Assembly (NCBI GenBank): GCA_045641545.1
Contig: JAZUHD010000004.1
Span: 39,674 to 71,673 of the forward strand
Source of the DNA: Candidatus Nanosyncoccus sp.
GTDB taxonomy: Bacteria > Patescibacteriota > Saccharimonadia > Saccharimonadales > Saccharimonadaceae
Length of the DNA: 32,000 nt
Reading direction: 5' to 3'
This document shows positions 1-8,935 of this stretch, in pieces. A program made the translations under genes and the position numbers. Positions within the stretch are counted from its first letter, which is position 1. Each line of letters opens with the position of its first letter. A model generated the notes under the pieces. The model was not told where the DNA came from, made no database searches, and saw only the letters and a program-made list of their open reading frames with translations.

Positions 1-1375
1 GCGAGACCGCCAGCATTATCTGCGATGGGGCCGAATGCATCGATAGAAACAGTTGTTCCGACAAATGAGAGCATTCCAAGTGCAGAAATTGCGATTCCAT
101 AATTTCCGCAAACTTTAGAGGAAATTAAAAGGGAAATACCTATAAGGAGTACAGGAATAATGCACGATCTTGAGCCGAGGGCGTCGCCTTCGGTAATCAG
201 GAATGATGTTCCTTCTGTTGCGGTATGAGCAAGAGACTTAACATACTTATATTTTGCGCTGGTGTAGTATTCAGTAATAACACCGATTGCTACGCCACTT
301 GCAATTCCGAGAATTGCAGAAACCCAAGGCGAAATCCAGCCGAGGCTGAAAGAACCATAAAGTTCTGCATTGCCAAAGATAACCTTTGCGCCAATAAGGC
401 CAAGGACGATTGTCATTCCTGCCGAGATGTAGGTCGCCATATTGAGCTGTTTTGACGGATCGTCAGAGAATTTAACCTTCGTTGTTGCGACGATGCCGAT
501 AAGACAAGATACGAGACCAACAGCCGCAAGAGCGATGGGGTAGGAAACTGTTGCATTAAGGGTACTGGCAGTAAAATCAGGATTCGCTTTGAAGACAGCT
601 ACTGCGATCATGATTGACGCAACAACGGTTGCGACGAACGATTCAAGAAGGTCAGAGCAGTTTCCAGCAATATCGTTAACATTGTCGCCGATAAAGTCTG
701 CGATTGTGCTGGGGATTCTTGCATCGTCCTCGGGAAGTCCAAAATCGTGCTTTCCAACCATATCGGAAGAAATGTCGGCGGCTTTTGTGTAGTTACCACC
801 GGCAACACGGTTGAACATAGCAACTGTCGAACAACCAAGACCATAAGTTGAGATTCTCATGATTGTCGGATTGCAGGCCAAGTTGACAAGAAAACCGTGG
901 CTGGTTGCCTCGGGATCAATGCCGCCAAAGAGTGCAACAACCATGACGAGTCCGAAGATACCAAATGCCTGAACACCGAGACCGGAAATTGAACCACCGG
1001 TCAATGCAACCTTCACCGTCTCAAAGACGGATCTGGAGGTATTTGCTCTGTTCGCAGTGCGAACATTAGCGTAAGTTGCGGATTTCATGCCGATAATGCA
1101 AACGAGTGAACTCATAGCTGCACCAATCAGGAATGTAATACCGCTGGTTTTTTCGATGAAAAGTGAGAATACGATAGCCAAAACGGCAACAACAATTGCG
1201 ATTGTCTTGTATTCCGTTTTCATGAAAGTGTTCGCTCCGTCACGAATAATCCCGGACATCTTCTTCATCTGATCCGTTCCTTCGGGAAGAGCATAGATTT
1301 TCTTGTAGCTAATTGCGATGTACGCAAAAACTACAAGTGCAACCATGATGGTTGTGATGAGCCATGCTGACATGA
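1..1375 (-). CDS. hppA: Membrane-bound (H+/Na+-translocating) pyrophosphatase, N-terminal part, runs off window start
   Basis: Reverse-strand translation from ATG at 1375 stays open to base 1: MSAWLITTIMVALVVFAYIAISYKKIYALPEGTDQMKKMSGIIRDGANTFMKTEYKT...NYTKAADISSDMVGKHDFGLPEDDARIPSTIADFIGDNVNDIAGNCSDLLESFVAT. Matches the M-PPase motif (YTKAAD, PEDD, DxxxDxxxD). Absent from the ORF track because no stop lies in the window. Confidence 0.93.
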
Positions 1376-1474
1376 GACGTCACCATCCTTTCAAAAAATA
1401 AATGTACGCAAACCAAAAAGTTATCCCACCTCCCTTTTGGTATTTTGCAACCGGATTATATCATAAAAACAGAG

Positions 1475-2455
1475 TTAAGTCCATAGGAAGGTGATAACAT
1501 AATAGAGAACAAAAATGCTCACCATCACCCAGCCTTCTTTTCTGGAGATTATATGATCTTTTATAGTGAAAAAGAAGAGAATCACAGCCGCCGCAGAGAG
1601 CATAAACAAATCAAGAATGGTAAAGCTCATGATGTTAATTCCGCCAAATATTAAAATTGGAACGCCGAGAACAATACAAATATCAAAAATGTTACTTCCT
1701 AGAGAACTCCCAATAATCAAATCCTGCTCGCCTTTTTTTGAAGCAATAATTGAAGCCGTGAGCTCCGGGAGCGCCGTTCCAATAGAAACTATCCCAATCG
1801 CAATGACACGCTCGCTAATTCCGGCCGCTAAAGCCAAATCCCTTGCAGAACCAACAACTAAGTCGCTTCCCCCGACCACCGCGGCGAGCCCACCGAGCAA
1901 AAATAAAGTATAAACCCAGGTTTTTCGTTCTTTTTTGACGGTTTTACGTTTTCGGGAATTCGCTGATTTTGATTTTTTCTTAGTCTTATATTTAGCAACA
2001 AACAGTGTCAAGAATAAAGACGCAACATATAAGACGATAAGAATAATTCCACCAATCCGATTAATTTCGCCGTCGGTGCAAAATGCGAAAGCGATTAGTG
2101 CAACGAAAATAGTTATCAAGAATAAATAAAATGGAATCTGAACGTCGACCGTATCTTTCTTAATCCTAACGGGTCGAATAATGGCGCTAAGGCCTAACAA
2201 AAGAAAAATATCCGCAATTGCACACCCTACCACGTCGCCCAAAATCAGATCAGTGTCTCCACCAGAAAATGCCTGCAAAGCAACGAATATTTCTGGCGCG
2301 CAAGCACCGAGCACTACAACTGTCATGCCGATAACGATTTCGGAAATTTTTAATCTCCTCGCGATGCCACTAGCGCCATCAACTAGAAAATCAGCCCCCT
2401 TAACAAGGACAATTAAACCGCCAAATAACGCTAGAATTCTCAGAAAAATATCCAT
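1475..2455 (-). CDS. Calcium/sodium antiporter (CaCA family, YrbG-like)
   Basis: 326 aa, two repeated TM halves, motifs VDGASGIARRLKISEIVIGMTVVVLGACAPEIFVAL and GSDLVVGSARDLALAAGISERVIAIGIVSIGTALPELTASI. Confidence 0.9.
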   Translation of the reverse strand: MDIFLRILALFGGLIVLVKGADFLVDGASGIARRLKISEIVIGMTVVVLGACAPEIFVALQAFSGGDTDLILGDVVGCAIADIFLLLGLSAIIRPVRIKKDTVDVQIPFYLFLITIFVALIAFAFCTDGEINRIGGIILIVLYVASLFLTLFVAKYKTKKKSKSANSRKRKTVKKERKTWVYTLFLLGGLAAVVGGSDLVVGSARDLALAAGISERVIAIGIVSIGTALPELTASIIASKKGEQDLIIGSSLGSNIFDICIVLGVPILIFGGINIMSFTILDLFMLSAAAVILFFFTIKDHIISRKEGWVMVSIFVLYYVITFLWT

Positions 2456-2459
2456 ACGT

Positions 2460-2909
2460 CTACCAAATAGTCCTCCACATATAATTGCGATATTCTCCGT
2501 CGTTGTACCTAGACCAAGCCTCCCAGGAATTACCCCCCGAAGAATAGATGTCGTATGCGCATTTTACATTAGTAGCAACATCGAAAGTATCGCAGTTTTC
2601 TCGTCCAGGCAAAATTCTGACTTGAAACAATCCAATTGAATAACCGTATTCTCTGTCGTTCTCTGAAAAAACTAAATCCGTGTCGCCTTTTGAATTTACA
2701 TCGCATTTGCTTTCCGCTTTCATGATTGCAATTGCCGTCTCTTTGTCCCAATCATATTTTTCAATCTCAGCAATAGCCGGGTCGCAATTTTCAAGAGTAA
2801 TATTTGGTGGAAGAATTTTCCCGTCCTTAAAGTTATCCCATTGAAAAATTGCAACGGCACCCAAAAAAACCAGAATTAATATTATCAATAAAGAAAGTAT
2901 TTTTCTCAT
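2460..2909 (-). CDS. Small membrane-anchored lysozyme/SLT-like transglycosylase
   Basis: 149 aa; N-terminal hydrophobic segment; KYDWDKETAIAIMKAESKCDVNSK...YSIGLFQVR...NVKCAYDIY...GGNSWEAWSRYNDGEY; SD GGAGG upstream. Confidence 0.75.
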   Translation of the reverse strand: MRKILSLLIILILVFLGAVAIFQWDNFKDGKILPPNITLENCDPAIAEIEKYDWDKETAIAIMKAESKCDVNSKGDTDLVFSENDREYGYSIGLFQVRILPGRENCDTFDVATNVKCAYDIYSSGGNSWEAWSRYNDGEYRNYMWRTIW

Positions 2910-3875
2910 TTATCCTCCAAACAACTCCGGATGATCAACGATAAATACACCACCCATAGCTAAAATCATTGCAGCAAGATGTGCGATAATAGTTCGCTTG
3001 TTGAGCTTCTCGCGTCCAAATTTCGGCCAAATCAATGTCAAAACGAGTCCAAATACGAATGTCTCCAGAAGTTCGGCTGTGTTATAAACGGCGGAAACGA
3101 CGGCAACTTGCCCAAGGACTAAGGCAGATCTCGTGAAATAATCAATCACCACCCAAATACAAGCATTAAGAATAACCGGAACAAGAACTTTTTTCTTTGA
3201 CTGTTTCATAACATGTTTCGCACGTAATCTCCATTTTTTAATAAAGATAGATAGAAAAATATCGACTAGTCCCTTACCAAACAAGAGCGTTGCAACTGCG
3301 ACGATAATTGGCAAATCGTATCCTTGATCAGTCATTCCTCTTTCTGCAGAAACAAAAAGAATGTGTGAAAAAGAATAAATAACAATATAAATTAAGATAA
3401 GCAAAACGGCCCGGTACTCTAACTTTTTACCTCTTTTTCTTGCCGAAAGTATCACAGTTAACGGAGCTGCAAGAATAATCAAGAATGCAAGAAGCTGGAT
3501 GCCATGGATTTGTTCCCCAAGAAAAACTGAACCTAGGAGTAAGTAGAAAATTGGCGACAATTGTAAAAAGATTGCGACGCCGGTCGTGTCTTCGTTTTTT
3601 AATGCGGAATAATATGCTATTGATGCAATTGAACTAATTACTCCGGATAAGAAAAAGAGAAAGAGATTAAAAAATGGAACATGATTAAAAGGCGTGGACA
3701 AAAAATAAATAATAAAAACAACTATTGCAATAGAACAATAAATTGGCCCATAAAAACATTTTTGAGCTTGAGGAATTCTACCTTTGAAATATACATCAGT
3801 AAGATAATTATCAATAAAAGCACTAAAAGTTGCGCCGATTGATGCAATAATTGTTAGTAATAACCACAATTCCAT
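2910..3875 (-). CDS. EamA/DMT-family transporter
   Basis: 321 aa with about 10 hydrophobic segments and two EamA-like halves (SSIASIAYYSALKNEDTTGVAIFLQLSPIFYLLLGSVFLGE). Confidence 0.85.
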   Translation of the reverse strand: MELWLLLTIIASIGATFSAFIDNYLTDVYFKGRIPQAQKCFYGPIYCSIAIVVFIIYFLSTPFNHVPFFNLFLFFLSGVISSIASIAYYSALKNEDTTGVAIFLQLSPIFYLLLGSVFLGEQIHGIQLLAFLIILAAPLTVILSARKRGKKLEYRAVLLILIYIVIYSFSHILFVSAERGMTDQGYDLPIIVAVATLLFGKGLVDIFLSIFIKKWRLRAKHVMKQSKKKVLVPVILNACIWVVIDYFTRSALVLGQVAVVSAVYNTAELLETFVFGLVLTLIWPKFGREKLNKRTIIAHLAAMILAMGGVFIVDHPELFGG

Positions 3876-3987
3876 ATCTTTATTTTACCATAAGTATTAT
3901 CGAAACGAATAAATATAAAAAACAAAAACAAAAAACAATTGCAATGTGATAGAATAAAAACATAATAACTATAAGGAGGTTTAACCC

Positions 3988-5139
3988 ATGGCTTTTATCA
4001 AAGCTTTTTCTGGCGCTCTTGGCGGCAGTTTTGCAAACCAATGGCTCGACTATCTTGTCCCGCCTTCATCAATGCGTGACCACACGCTTGTCGCTCGCGC
4101 TGTTTCGAAAAACACCGACGCGGATCGCACCTCAAATACAAAAGGAAACGAAAATATCATTTCCGACGGTAGCAAAATTATGGTTCCTGAAGGAACTTGT
4201 TTGATTACCGTGGAAAATGGCGGAATTACTGGTGTAATTTCTGAACCAGGCGGTTATACATATACCGCTCAGAATGTCCCGGAAGCAAAATCCATGTTTG
4301 CTGGGGATGGCTTTTTTGCTAGTACGTTTGGTCAAAGCTTTGAGCAATTCAAATATGGTGGCCAACCAGGCAATCAACAATTCGCGTTCTATGTTAATTT
4401 GAAAGATATCGCTGGCTTGACTTATGGCACTCAAAACCCAATTCGCTACAAAGATGCTAACTATGCAAACACAATGTTAGCGGTGACTAGCAATGGTACC
4501 TATACTATCAAGGTTGTTGATCCAGTTTTATTATTCAAGAATCTTATTCCAACCGACATTACTTCTGGTCAAGGTCGTGAACAATTTGATTTAGGTGATG
4601 GCGACGGCGGCGTCGAAGATTCTCTATTCGCAGGATTTGTTGGCTCTCTCGCTTCTGCTCTTTCCGCATACACGAAAGGTGGAAAGTCGATTGACGATAT
4701 TCAGGGCGGCACGACCGAATTCGCTAAAGAAGTCAATAAATCTATTGAAGAAAACTACCAATGGGGCACAAAATATGGTCTCGAAGTTGTCAATGTTCAA
4801 CCGATGGGCCTCGACTGGGATGAACAATCCGTTGAACTCATTAACAAGTTCAATATGGGTAATCTCATGCAAGGCGGTGTTGGTGCAGCCTATGCTCAAA
4901 CTCAAATTGCTGAAGGCTTTAATGCTGCCGGAAACAATGGTGGCGCAATGCCAATGATGGGGATGGGCATGGGTGTCGGCATGATGGGCGGTATGGCTGG
5001 AATGGCTCAACCAATGGGTGTCAATCCGGTCCAACAACAACAAATGATGCAACAACAGCAAATGCAACAGCCTGCTCAGCCGGCACAACCAGAAACTCCA
5101 GTTGCGGAAAAACCAACTCCAGAAACTCCAGCGGAGTAA
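3988..5139 (+). CDS. SPFH-domain protein (YdjI / virion-core-protein-like), Met/Gln/Pro-rich C-terminus
   Basis: 383 aa: MAFIKAFSGALGGSFANQWLDYLVPPSSMRDHTLVARAV...IMVPEGTCLITVENGGITGVISEPGGYTYT; strong SD AAGGAGG; low-complexity tail MPMMGMGMGVGMMGG...QQQQMMQQQQMQQPAQPAQPETP. Confidence 0.85.
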   Translation: MAFIKAFSGALGGSFANQWLDYLVPPSSMRDHTLVARAVSKNTDADRTSNTKGNENIISDGSKIMVPEGTCLITVENGGITGVISEPGGYTYTAQNVPEAKSMFAGDGFFASTFGQSFEQFKYGGQPGNQQFAFYVNLKDIAGLTYGTQNPIRYKDANYANTMLAVTSNGTYTIKVVDPVLLFKNLIPTDITSGQGREQFDLGDGDGGVEDSLFAGFVGSLASALSAYTKGGKSIDDIQGGTTEFAKEVNKSIEENYQWGTKYGLEVVNVQPMGLDWDEQSVELINKFNMGNLMQGGVGAAYAQTQIAEGFNAAGNNGGAMPMMGMGMGVGMMGGMAGMAQPMGVNPVQQQQMMQQQQMQQPAQPAQPETPVAEKPTPETPAE

Positions 5140-5142
5140 AAA

Positions 5143-6618
5143 ATGGTTGAAGCAAAGGCTAATGATGGCTTGAACAGATGCCCCAAATGCGGGGCATCCG
5201 ATACAAGCCTAGATGTAAAAACTGGAAAGTTGAAATGTAAATATTGCCGCACGCTTTTTGACGCAACTAACGTGAATGGAGAAACCGACATTAGTCAGCT
5301 CGAAGGTAGAAAAGTTGGTGCCGGAGCAAAGGACATTATTCCTGATAAAAAAACGATTATCACCTTTCATTGTCCTTCTTGTGGTGCCGAAGTTGTCATC
5401 AATGCCGATGAAACCACAAACGCTCGCTGCCACTGGTGTCGCCACGTCTTTGGCATCAACGAGCAAGTGGATAACGGCGCTGTTCCAGACATGGTCCTTC
5501 CGTTCAAATTGGACAAAGCAACTGGCGAGAAAAACATTAAAGATTTCGTTTCAAAACGCCAATTTTACGCGAATCCAACATTCAAAAAAGAATTTTCGAC
5601 CGAAAACACTATGGGTGTATATCTCCCATATATGGTTGTTGATGCAAATGCGCACGCGACTCTTTCTGGTCAAGCCGAACACCAAACTCGGACTTACACG
5701 GTTGAAGTCGGCTCTGGCGACCACAAGCACACAGTCCGTTATTACGACGCAGATCTTTATAATGTTTCGCGCGACTTTGATTTATTGATTGACGATTTGA
5801 CGGTTGAAGCCTCAAAAGACAAACTTAATCAAAATTCTTTGATTAATACCACGAATGTTATCAATGCGATAATGCCGTTCGATACAGAGAATTGTGTCGG
5901 TTGGAATGCAAATTACCTTCGTGGTTTTGCTAGCGAAAAACGCGACGCAAATGTCGAAGATTTGTCTGGAATTGCAAAAGTCCAAGCTCAAGACATTGCT
6001 CGTTACAAAGTCAAAGAAACTATGGAGTTCTATGATCGCGGTGCCGTCTGGACCTCTGAACAAATCGACGTCAAAGGTGCAGAATGGAAAGCAGCCTATC
6101 TTCCAATTTGGCTCTATAGCTATCTAGAAGTCAAAGGTGACAAGAAGCTGCTTCATTATGTAGCAGTCAATGCTCGCAGTGGTAAAACAATGGGAAGCGT
6201 CCCTCTCTATACTTCAAAACTCATCGCAATATCTGCCCTAATAGAACTTGCATCTATTATTCTTGGTATCTTCTGGACATTCGTGTGGTTTGCCGATGAT
6301 GATTCTGGAAAAGCTGGATTTCTCGGGTTACTTCCAGGAATTGTGTATTATTTCATTATTAAAAATAAGTATCGCAACATGAATGCTCGTCATAAACACG
6401 AATGTGACACAAAAGCTGAAATGAAAAATATCAAAAAGTCCGATACATTCGTTGAGAAACGTACGAAACTTCGCAATCGCCAAATTGAAGGGAAAAACAG
6501 CGACAACGTGAATGGCTCAATTCAAAAATGTAATAAAAATGGACTATTAGACAAAGTAACTAAAGAAGCATTAAATCAAATCGACAACAACATCGACAAG
6601 ACACTTATTAAAAAATAA
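5143..6618 (+). CDS. Zinc-ribbon (TFIIB/TFIIS-like) protein with C-terminal TM segments
   Basis: 491 aa; CPKCGASD...CKYCR and CPSCGAEV...CHWCRHVFG ribbons; TM segments ALIELASIILGIFWTFVWF and GFLGLLPGIVYYFII; starts 4 bases after the upstream stop codon. Confidence 0.8.
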   Translation: MVEAKANDGLNRCPKCGASDTSLDVKTGKLKCKYCRTLFDATNVNGETDISQLEGRKVGAGAKDIIPDKKTIITFHCPSCGAEVVINADETTNARCHWCRHVFGINEQVDNGAVPDMVLPFKLDKATGEKNIKDFVSKRQFYANPTFKKEFSTENTMGVYLPYMVVDANAHATLSGQAEHQTRTYTVEVGSGDHKHTVRYYDADLYNVSRDFDLLIDDLTVEASKDKLNQNSLINTTNVINAIMPFDTENCVGWNANYLRGFASEKRDANVEDLSGIAKVQAQDIARYKVKETMEFYDRGAVWTSEQIDVKGAEWKAAYLPIWLYSYLEVKGDKKLLHYVAVNARSGKTMGSVPLYTSKLIAISALIELASIILGIFWTFVWFADDDSGKAGFLGLLPGIVYYFIIKNKYRNMNARHKHECDTKAEMKNIKKSDTFVEKRTKLRNRQIEGKNSDNVNGSIQKCNKNGLLDKVTKEALNQIDNNIDKTLIKK

Positions 6619-6629
6619 ATACTACACAA

Positions 6630-6670
6630 GAAATGAAAAGACAGCCAACAGTAATTGGCTGTTTTTTCAG
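6630..6670. terminator. Near-symmetric hairpin terminator following the zinc-ribbon gene
   Basis: ACAGCCAA-CAGTAA-TTGGCTGT followed by TTTTTTC on +; reverse strand reads TTGGCTGT-CTTTTC. Confidence 0.75.
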
Positions 6671-6684
6671 AGCCATATACTCCC

Positions 6685-6713
6685 ATTATAGCATAACCAT
6701 TATAAAATGTCAA
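6685..6713 (-). promoter_or_regulatory. Consensus -35/-10 promoter, reverse orientation
   Basis: Reverse strand TTGACA-17 nt-TATAAT with extended TGC. Confidence 0.7.
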
Positions 6714-6748
6714 GTCCATCTCTGGATGGGTTGGATAGAAAATAATTC

Positions 6749-6777
6749 TTGCAGTTTTCTATTAATTTTGTTATAAT
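6749..6777 (+). promoter_or_regulatory. tRNA-Gly promoter
   Basis: TTGCAG-17 nt-TATAAT about 15 nt before the tRNA 5' end. Confidence 0.7.
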
Positions 6778-6791
6778 CAAACAACAAGCAT

Positions 6792-6868
6792 GCGAATGTA
6801 GCTCAGTTGTTTAGAGCGCTTCCTTGCCAAGGAAGAGGTCGAGAGTTAGAGTCTCTTCATTCGCACCA
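6792..6868 (+). tRNA. tRNA-Gly (anticodon GCC), CCA encoded, A73 discriminator
   Basis: Acceptor GCGAATG/CATTCGC, D stem GCTC/GAGC, anticodon arm CTTCC-TTGCCAA-GGAAG, T arm GAGAG-TTAGAGT-CTCTT, ACCA end. Confidence 0.93.
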
Positions 6869-7150
6869 TCAATCCCGATTCAACCCCCCTTGAATCGGGA
6901 TTTTTGTTTTCTAATCTGTAAAGTGGACTAATTTTGGTCGTGTAAACATTTTTATTTTCATCCATACAAAATCCGTCTGGAAATAATAATTGTTTACACA
7001 ATCGCATTTCGTAAGGAGTGAGCTTGAGGATATTGCTAGTTAAGTTAGTAATAAAATCAATAGCAAAGCCATAAAATCTATCCATTTCTAGGGCCTCAAA
7101 CTCCCCAAGTTCATTTATTTCCTTCTCATAGGAGGCTTGCTTGTACCGGT
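6846..7150 (-). pseudogene. C-terminal remnant of a large serine site-specific recombinase
   Basis: Reverse-strand YKQASYEKEINELGEFEALEMDRFYGFAIDFITNLTSNILKLTPYEMRLCKQLLFPDGFCMDENKNVYTTKISPLYRL resembles recombinase C-termini (..QLLFPxG...T..ISPL..L). No N-terminal catalytic domain; in-frame TAG just upstream. Confidence 0.55.
6871..6907 (+). terminator. Intrinsic terminator after tRNA-Gly
   Basis: AATCCCGATTCAA-CCCCCC-TTGAATCGGGATT followed by a T run. Confidence 0.9.
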
Positions 7151-7223
7151 TCTAGGGTTTTTCTTATCCATATTATCACTTCGGTTGGCTCGCAAGATTT
7201 AGGAAAGGGCTAGAAAATAAGCT

Positions 7224-7253
7224 TTTTTAAAACAAAAAGCCCTGGCTGGCTGC
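7224..7253 (-). terminator. Intrinsic terminator of the reverse-strand gene 7294..8064
   Basis: Reverse strand TCCCTGGC-AGCCA-GCCAGGGC-TTTTTG. Confidence 0.75.
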
Positions 7254-7293
7254 CAGGGACATTTTGTAAGGTACGACACCTTAAAAGAATGGT

Positions 7294-8064
7294 TTACTCA
7301 ACAGAGTAATAGGATACATAGAAGAAGCCTTCTTTGGATCCATCAGGGCTTGCCCATTTGCCATCGACGAGAGTATAGAAATCCAACTCTTTGCCATCGA
7401 ATGCCGGCAGAGGATCTGCGATACCTTCAGCATCAAGGATGTTGAGGATATTGGGGATTTCCTCTCTGTTCAGGATGAAACCGTTCTTGATGGCGAGATT
7501 GTAGTGTTCGCCGGAATTGACCGGAACGCATTCGTGACAATGAGGATTCCATTCGGTACCAGGGGCAAAGAAACCAACTTCTACCGAAATCCATCCTTTC
7601 TCTGCGAAGCTTTCCAGGAATCTTCCGATTCTCTCGTCACCACACAGGCGCTCACAGGCCTTGAAACTCGTGCCTTCCAGAAGATCTGCGGCTTTCTCAA
7701 GCTGTTCCGGACCGCTGAGGTACTTCAAATCGAGTAATTCCTCTGAGGTTTTAGGCCATCCATTTTTGCGAACGGTTTTTGCAACCCCTCTCAAAATCGG
7801 ATCGCGATCGCCGAAATTTGCCAGGGCATTCGCGAGAACGGTCGAGAAGTGCGATCCAATAGTGATACATCTGGTATCGACAGCATCTCTGAGGGCATAT
7901 GTGACGAGATCGATGTCGCCACGCTTAATGAGTTCGGCCAGAGCCAGAACTGCCATGGGTTCGTCGTTGTCTTTCAAGGCTTTACGGAAAAGATTATCAA
8001 TATCTTTCGTAACGCAGTGAAGAGCCAACCATTCCTTAAGTGTAAAATTACCGTACAGACTCAT
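7294..8064 (-). CDS. Hypothetical protein
   Basis: 256 aa intact ORF, SD AGGAGG before ATG, consensus promoter upstream, terminator downstream; no family recognised. Confidence 0.8.
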   Translation of the reverse strand: MSLYGNFTLKEWLALHCVTKDIDNLFRKALKDNDEPMAVLALAELIKRGDIDLVTYALRDAVDTRCITIGSHFSTVLANALANFGDRDPILRGVAKTVRKNGWPKTSEELLDLKYLSGPEQLEKAADLLEGTSFKACERLCGDERIGRFLESFAEKGWISVEVGFFAPGTEWNPHCHECVPVNSGEHYNLAIKNGFILNREEIPNILNILDAEGIADPLPAFDGKELDFYTLVDGKWASPDGSKEGFFYVSYYSVE

Positions 8065-8144
8065 AAGCTGTACCTCCTACGTTTTAGGCCCGTCGGCACT
8101 ATATTTGAGGGACGGCAATAAATTGCGGCAGCCTCATAATTTCT

Positions 8145-8173
8145 ATTATACCACAAGAACAACAAAAAGTCAA
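8145..8173 (-). promoter_or_regulatory. Promoter for 7294..8064
   Basis: Reverse strand TTGACT-17 nt-TATAAT, extended TGG. Confidence 0.8.
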
Positions 8174-8193
8174 TATATTGCCACTTGTACCCC

Positions 8194-8815
8194 CTATTTT
8201 TGGATTCTAGCGAGTATTCTTTTTGCTCTAATATAAGTTGCCATCCTAATACTGGCAATGTTCTTATTCCTAGCCGCATATCCTAAATCGAGAAGAGTTT
8301 CACTCATTTCGCGTTTCAGGCGATCTTTGTTATAAATGCTGACTCGGTTGGAGTTAAATAATCTATTTGCGTTTTCTTCTAAAATTCCTGCAATTTCAAA
8401 ATTTTCATCTGTTTCGAGGCTTCTCATAGCTAGCTCAAAAGCAATATTGAATAACATTTGAAATACTGTCGCAGGAATTAGTTGCATTTGCTGCGGCATC
8501 GTTATCTATGAAATTTTTATCAAGCGGCACATAATAGAAGCCGACTGGTGGATTTTCTTTTCGCGGGTTTCGTTCGGTTCTAAAATATTCTTTCATATAA
8601 TCTTCATGTTTTAGAATCACGGTCTTTTCCGGGATTTGTTCAACTAGTTCTTTGTCTACTGGAAAGCTGTTCATGAAGTAATTTTGCACTGAATCATATA
8701 AGAATTTTCATCCTCAGGGGAAAGATTATGTATGTCTATTTCGTCCAACTTTTGGGCAAAATCCGGACAATCGTCGAGAATATCGACTGCAGGTCTTCAG
8801 CAGTATCCATACTTA
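8194..8815 (-). pseudogene. Fragmented hypothetical gene (several frameshifts)
   Basis: ORFs 8435..8689 and 8194..8499 overlap in different frames and read as one protein. A further coding-like piece, AVDILDDCPDFAQKLDEIDIHNLSPEDENSYMIQ, lies upstream in a third frame. Confidence 0.5.
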
Positions 8816-8935
8816 TTTTTATCATAATACGAGCCAAAAAAGAGGTAGTTTTTTGGCAAAAACCTAGTGTTTAATTGGGATTTTTGTGGTATAATTAGAC
8901 AAACATAAGCACCACTAATAGAAAGGATAAATATA

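Noticed and set aside
225-1272. ORF-track entries 225..455, 589..792, 608..844, 1087..1272
   Set aside because: They are alternative frames overlapping the clearly coding reverse-strand pyrophosphatase.
1566-2639. Forward ORFs 1566..1913, 1935..2129, 2181..2639
   Set aside because: Antisense shadow ORFs of the Ca/Na antiporter and SLT genes; low-complexity composition and no SD support.
4019-6127. ORFs 4019, 4132, 4595, 4624, 5076, 5209, 5276, 5609, 5812, 5894
   Set aside because: Out-of-frame shadows within the SPFH and zinc-ribbon genes.
6792-6868. tRNA-Gly being a pseudogene because of G19 and C56 loss
   Set aside because: All stems are fully paired, CCA is encoded, promoter and terminator are present, and the two changes compensate each other.
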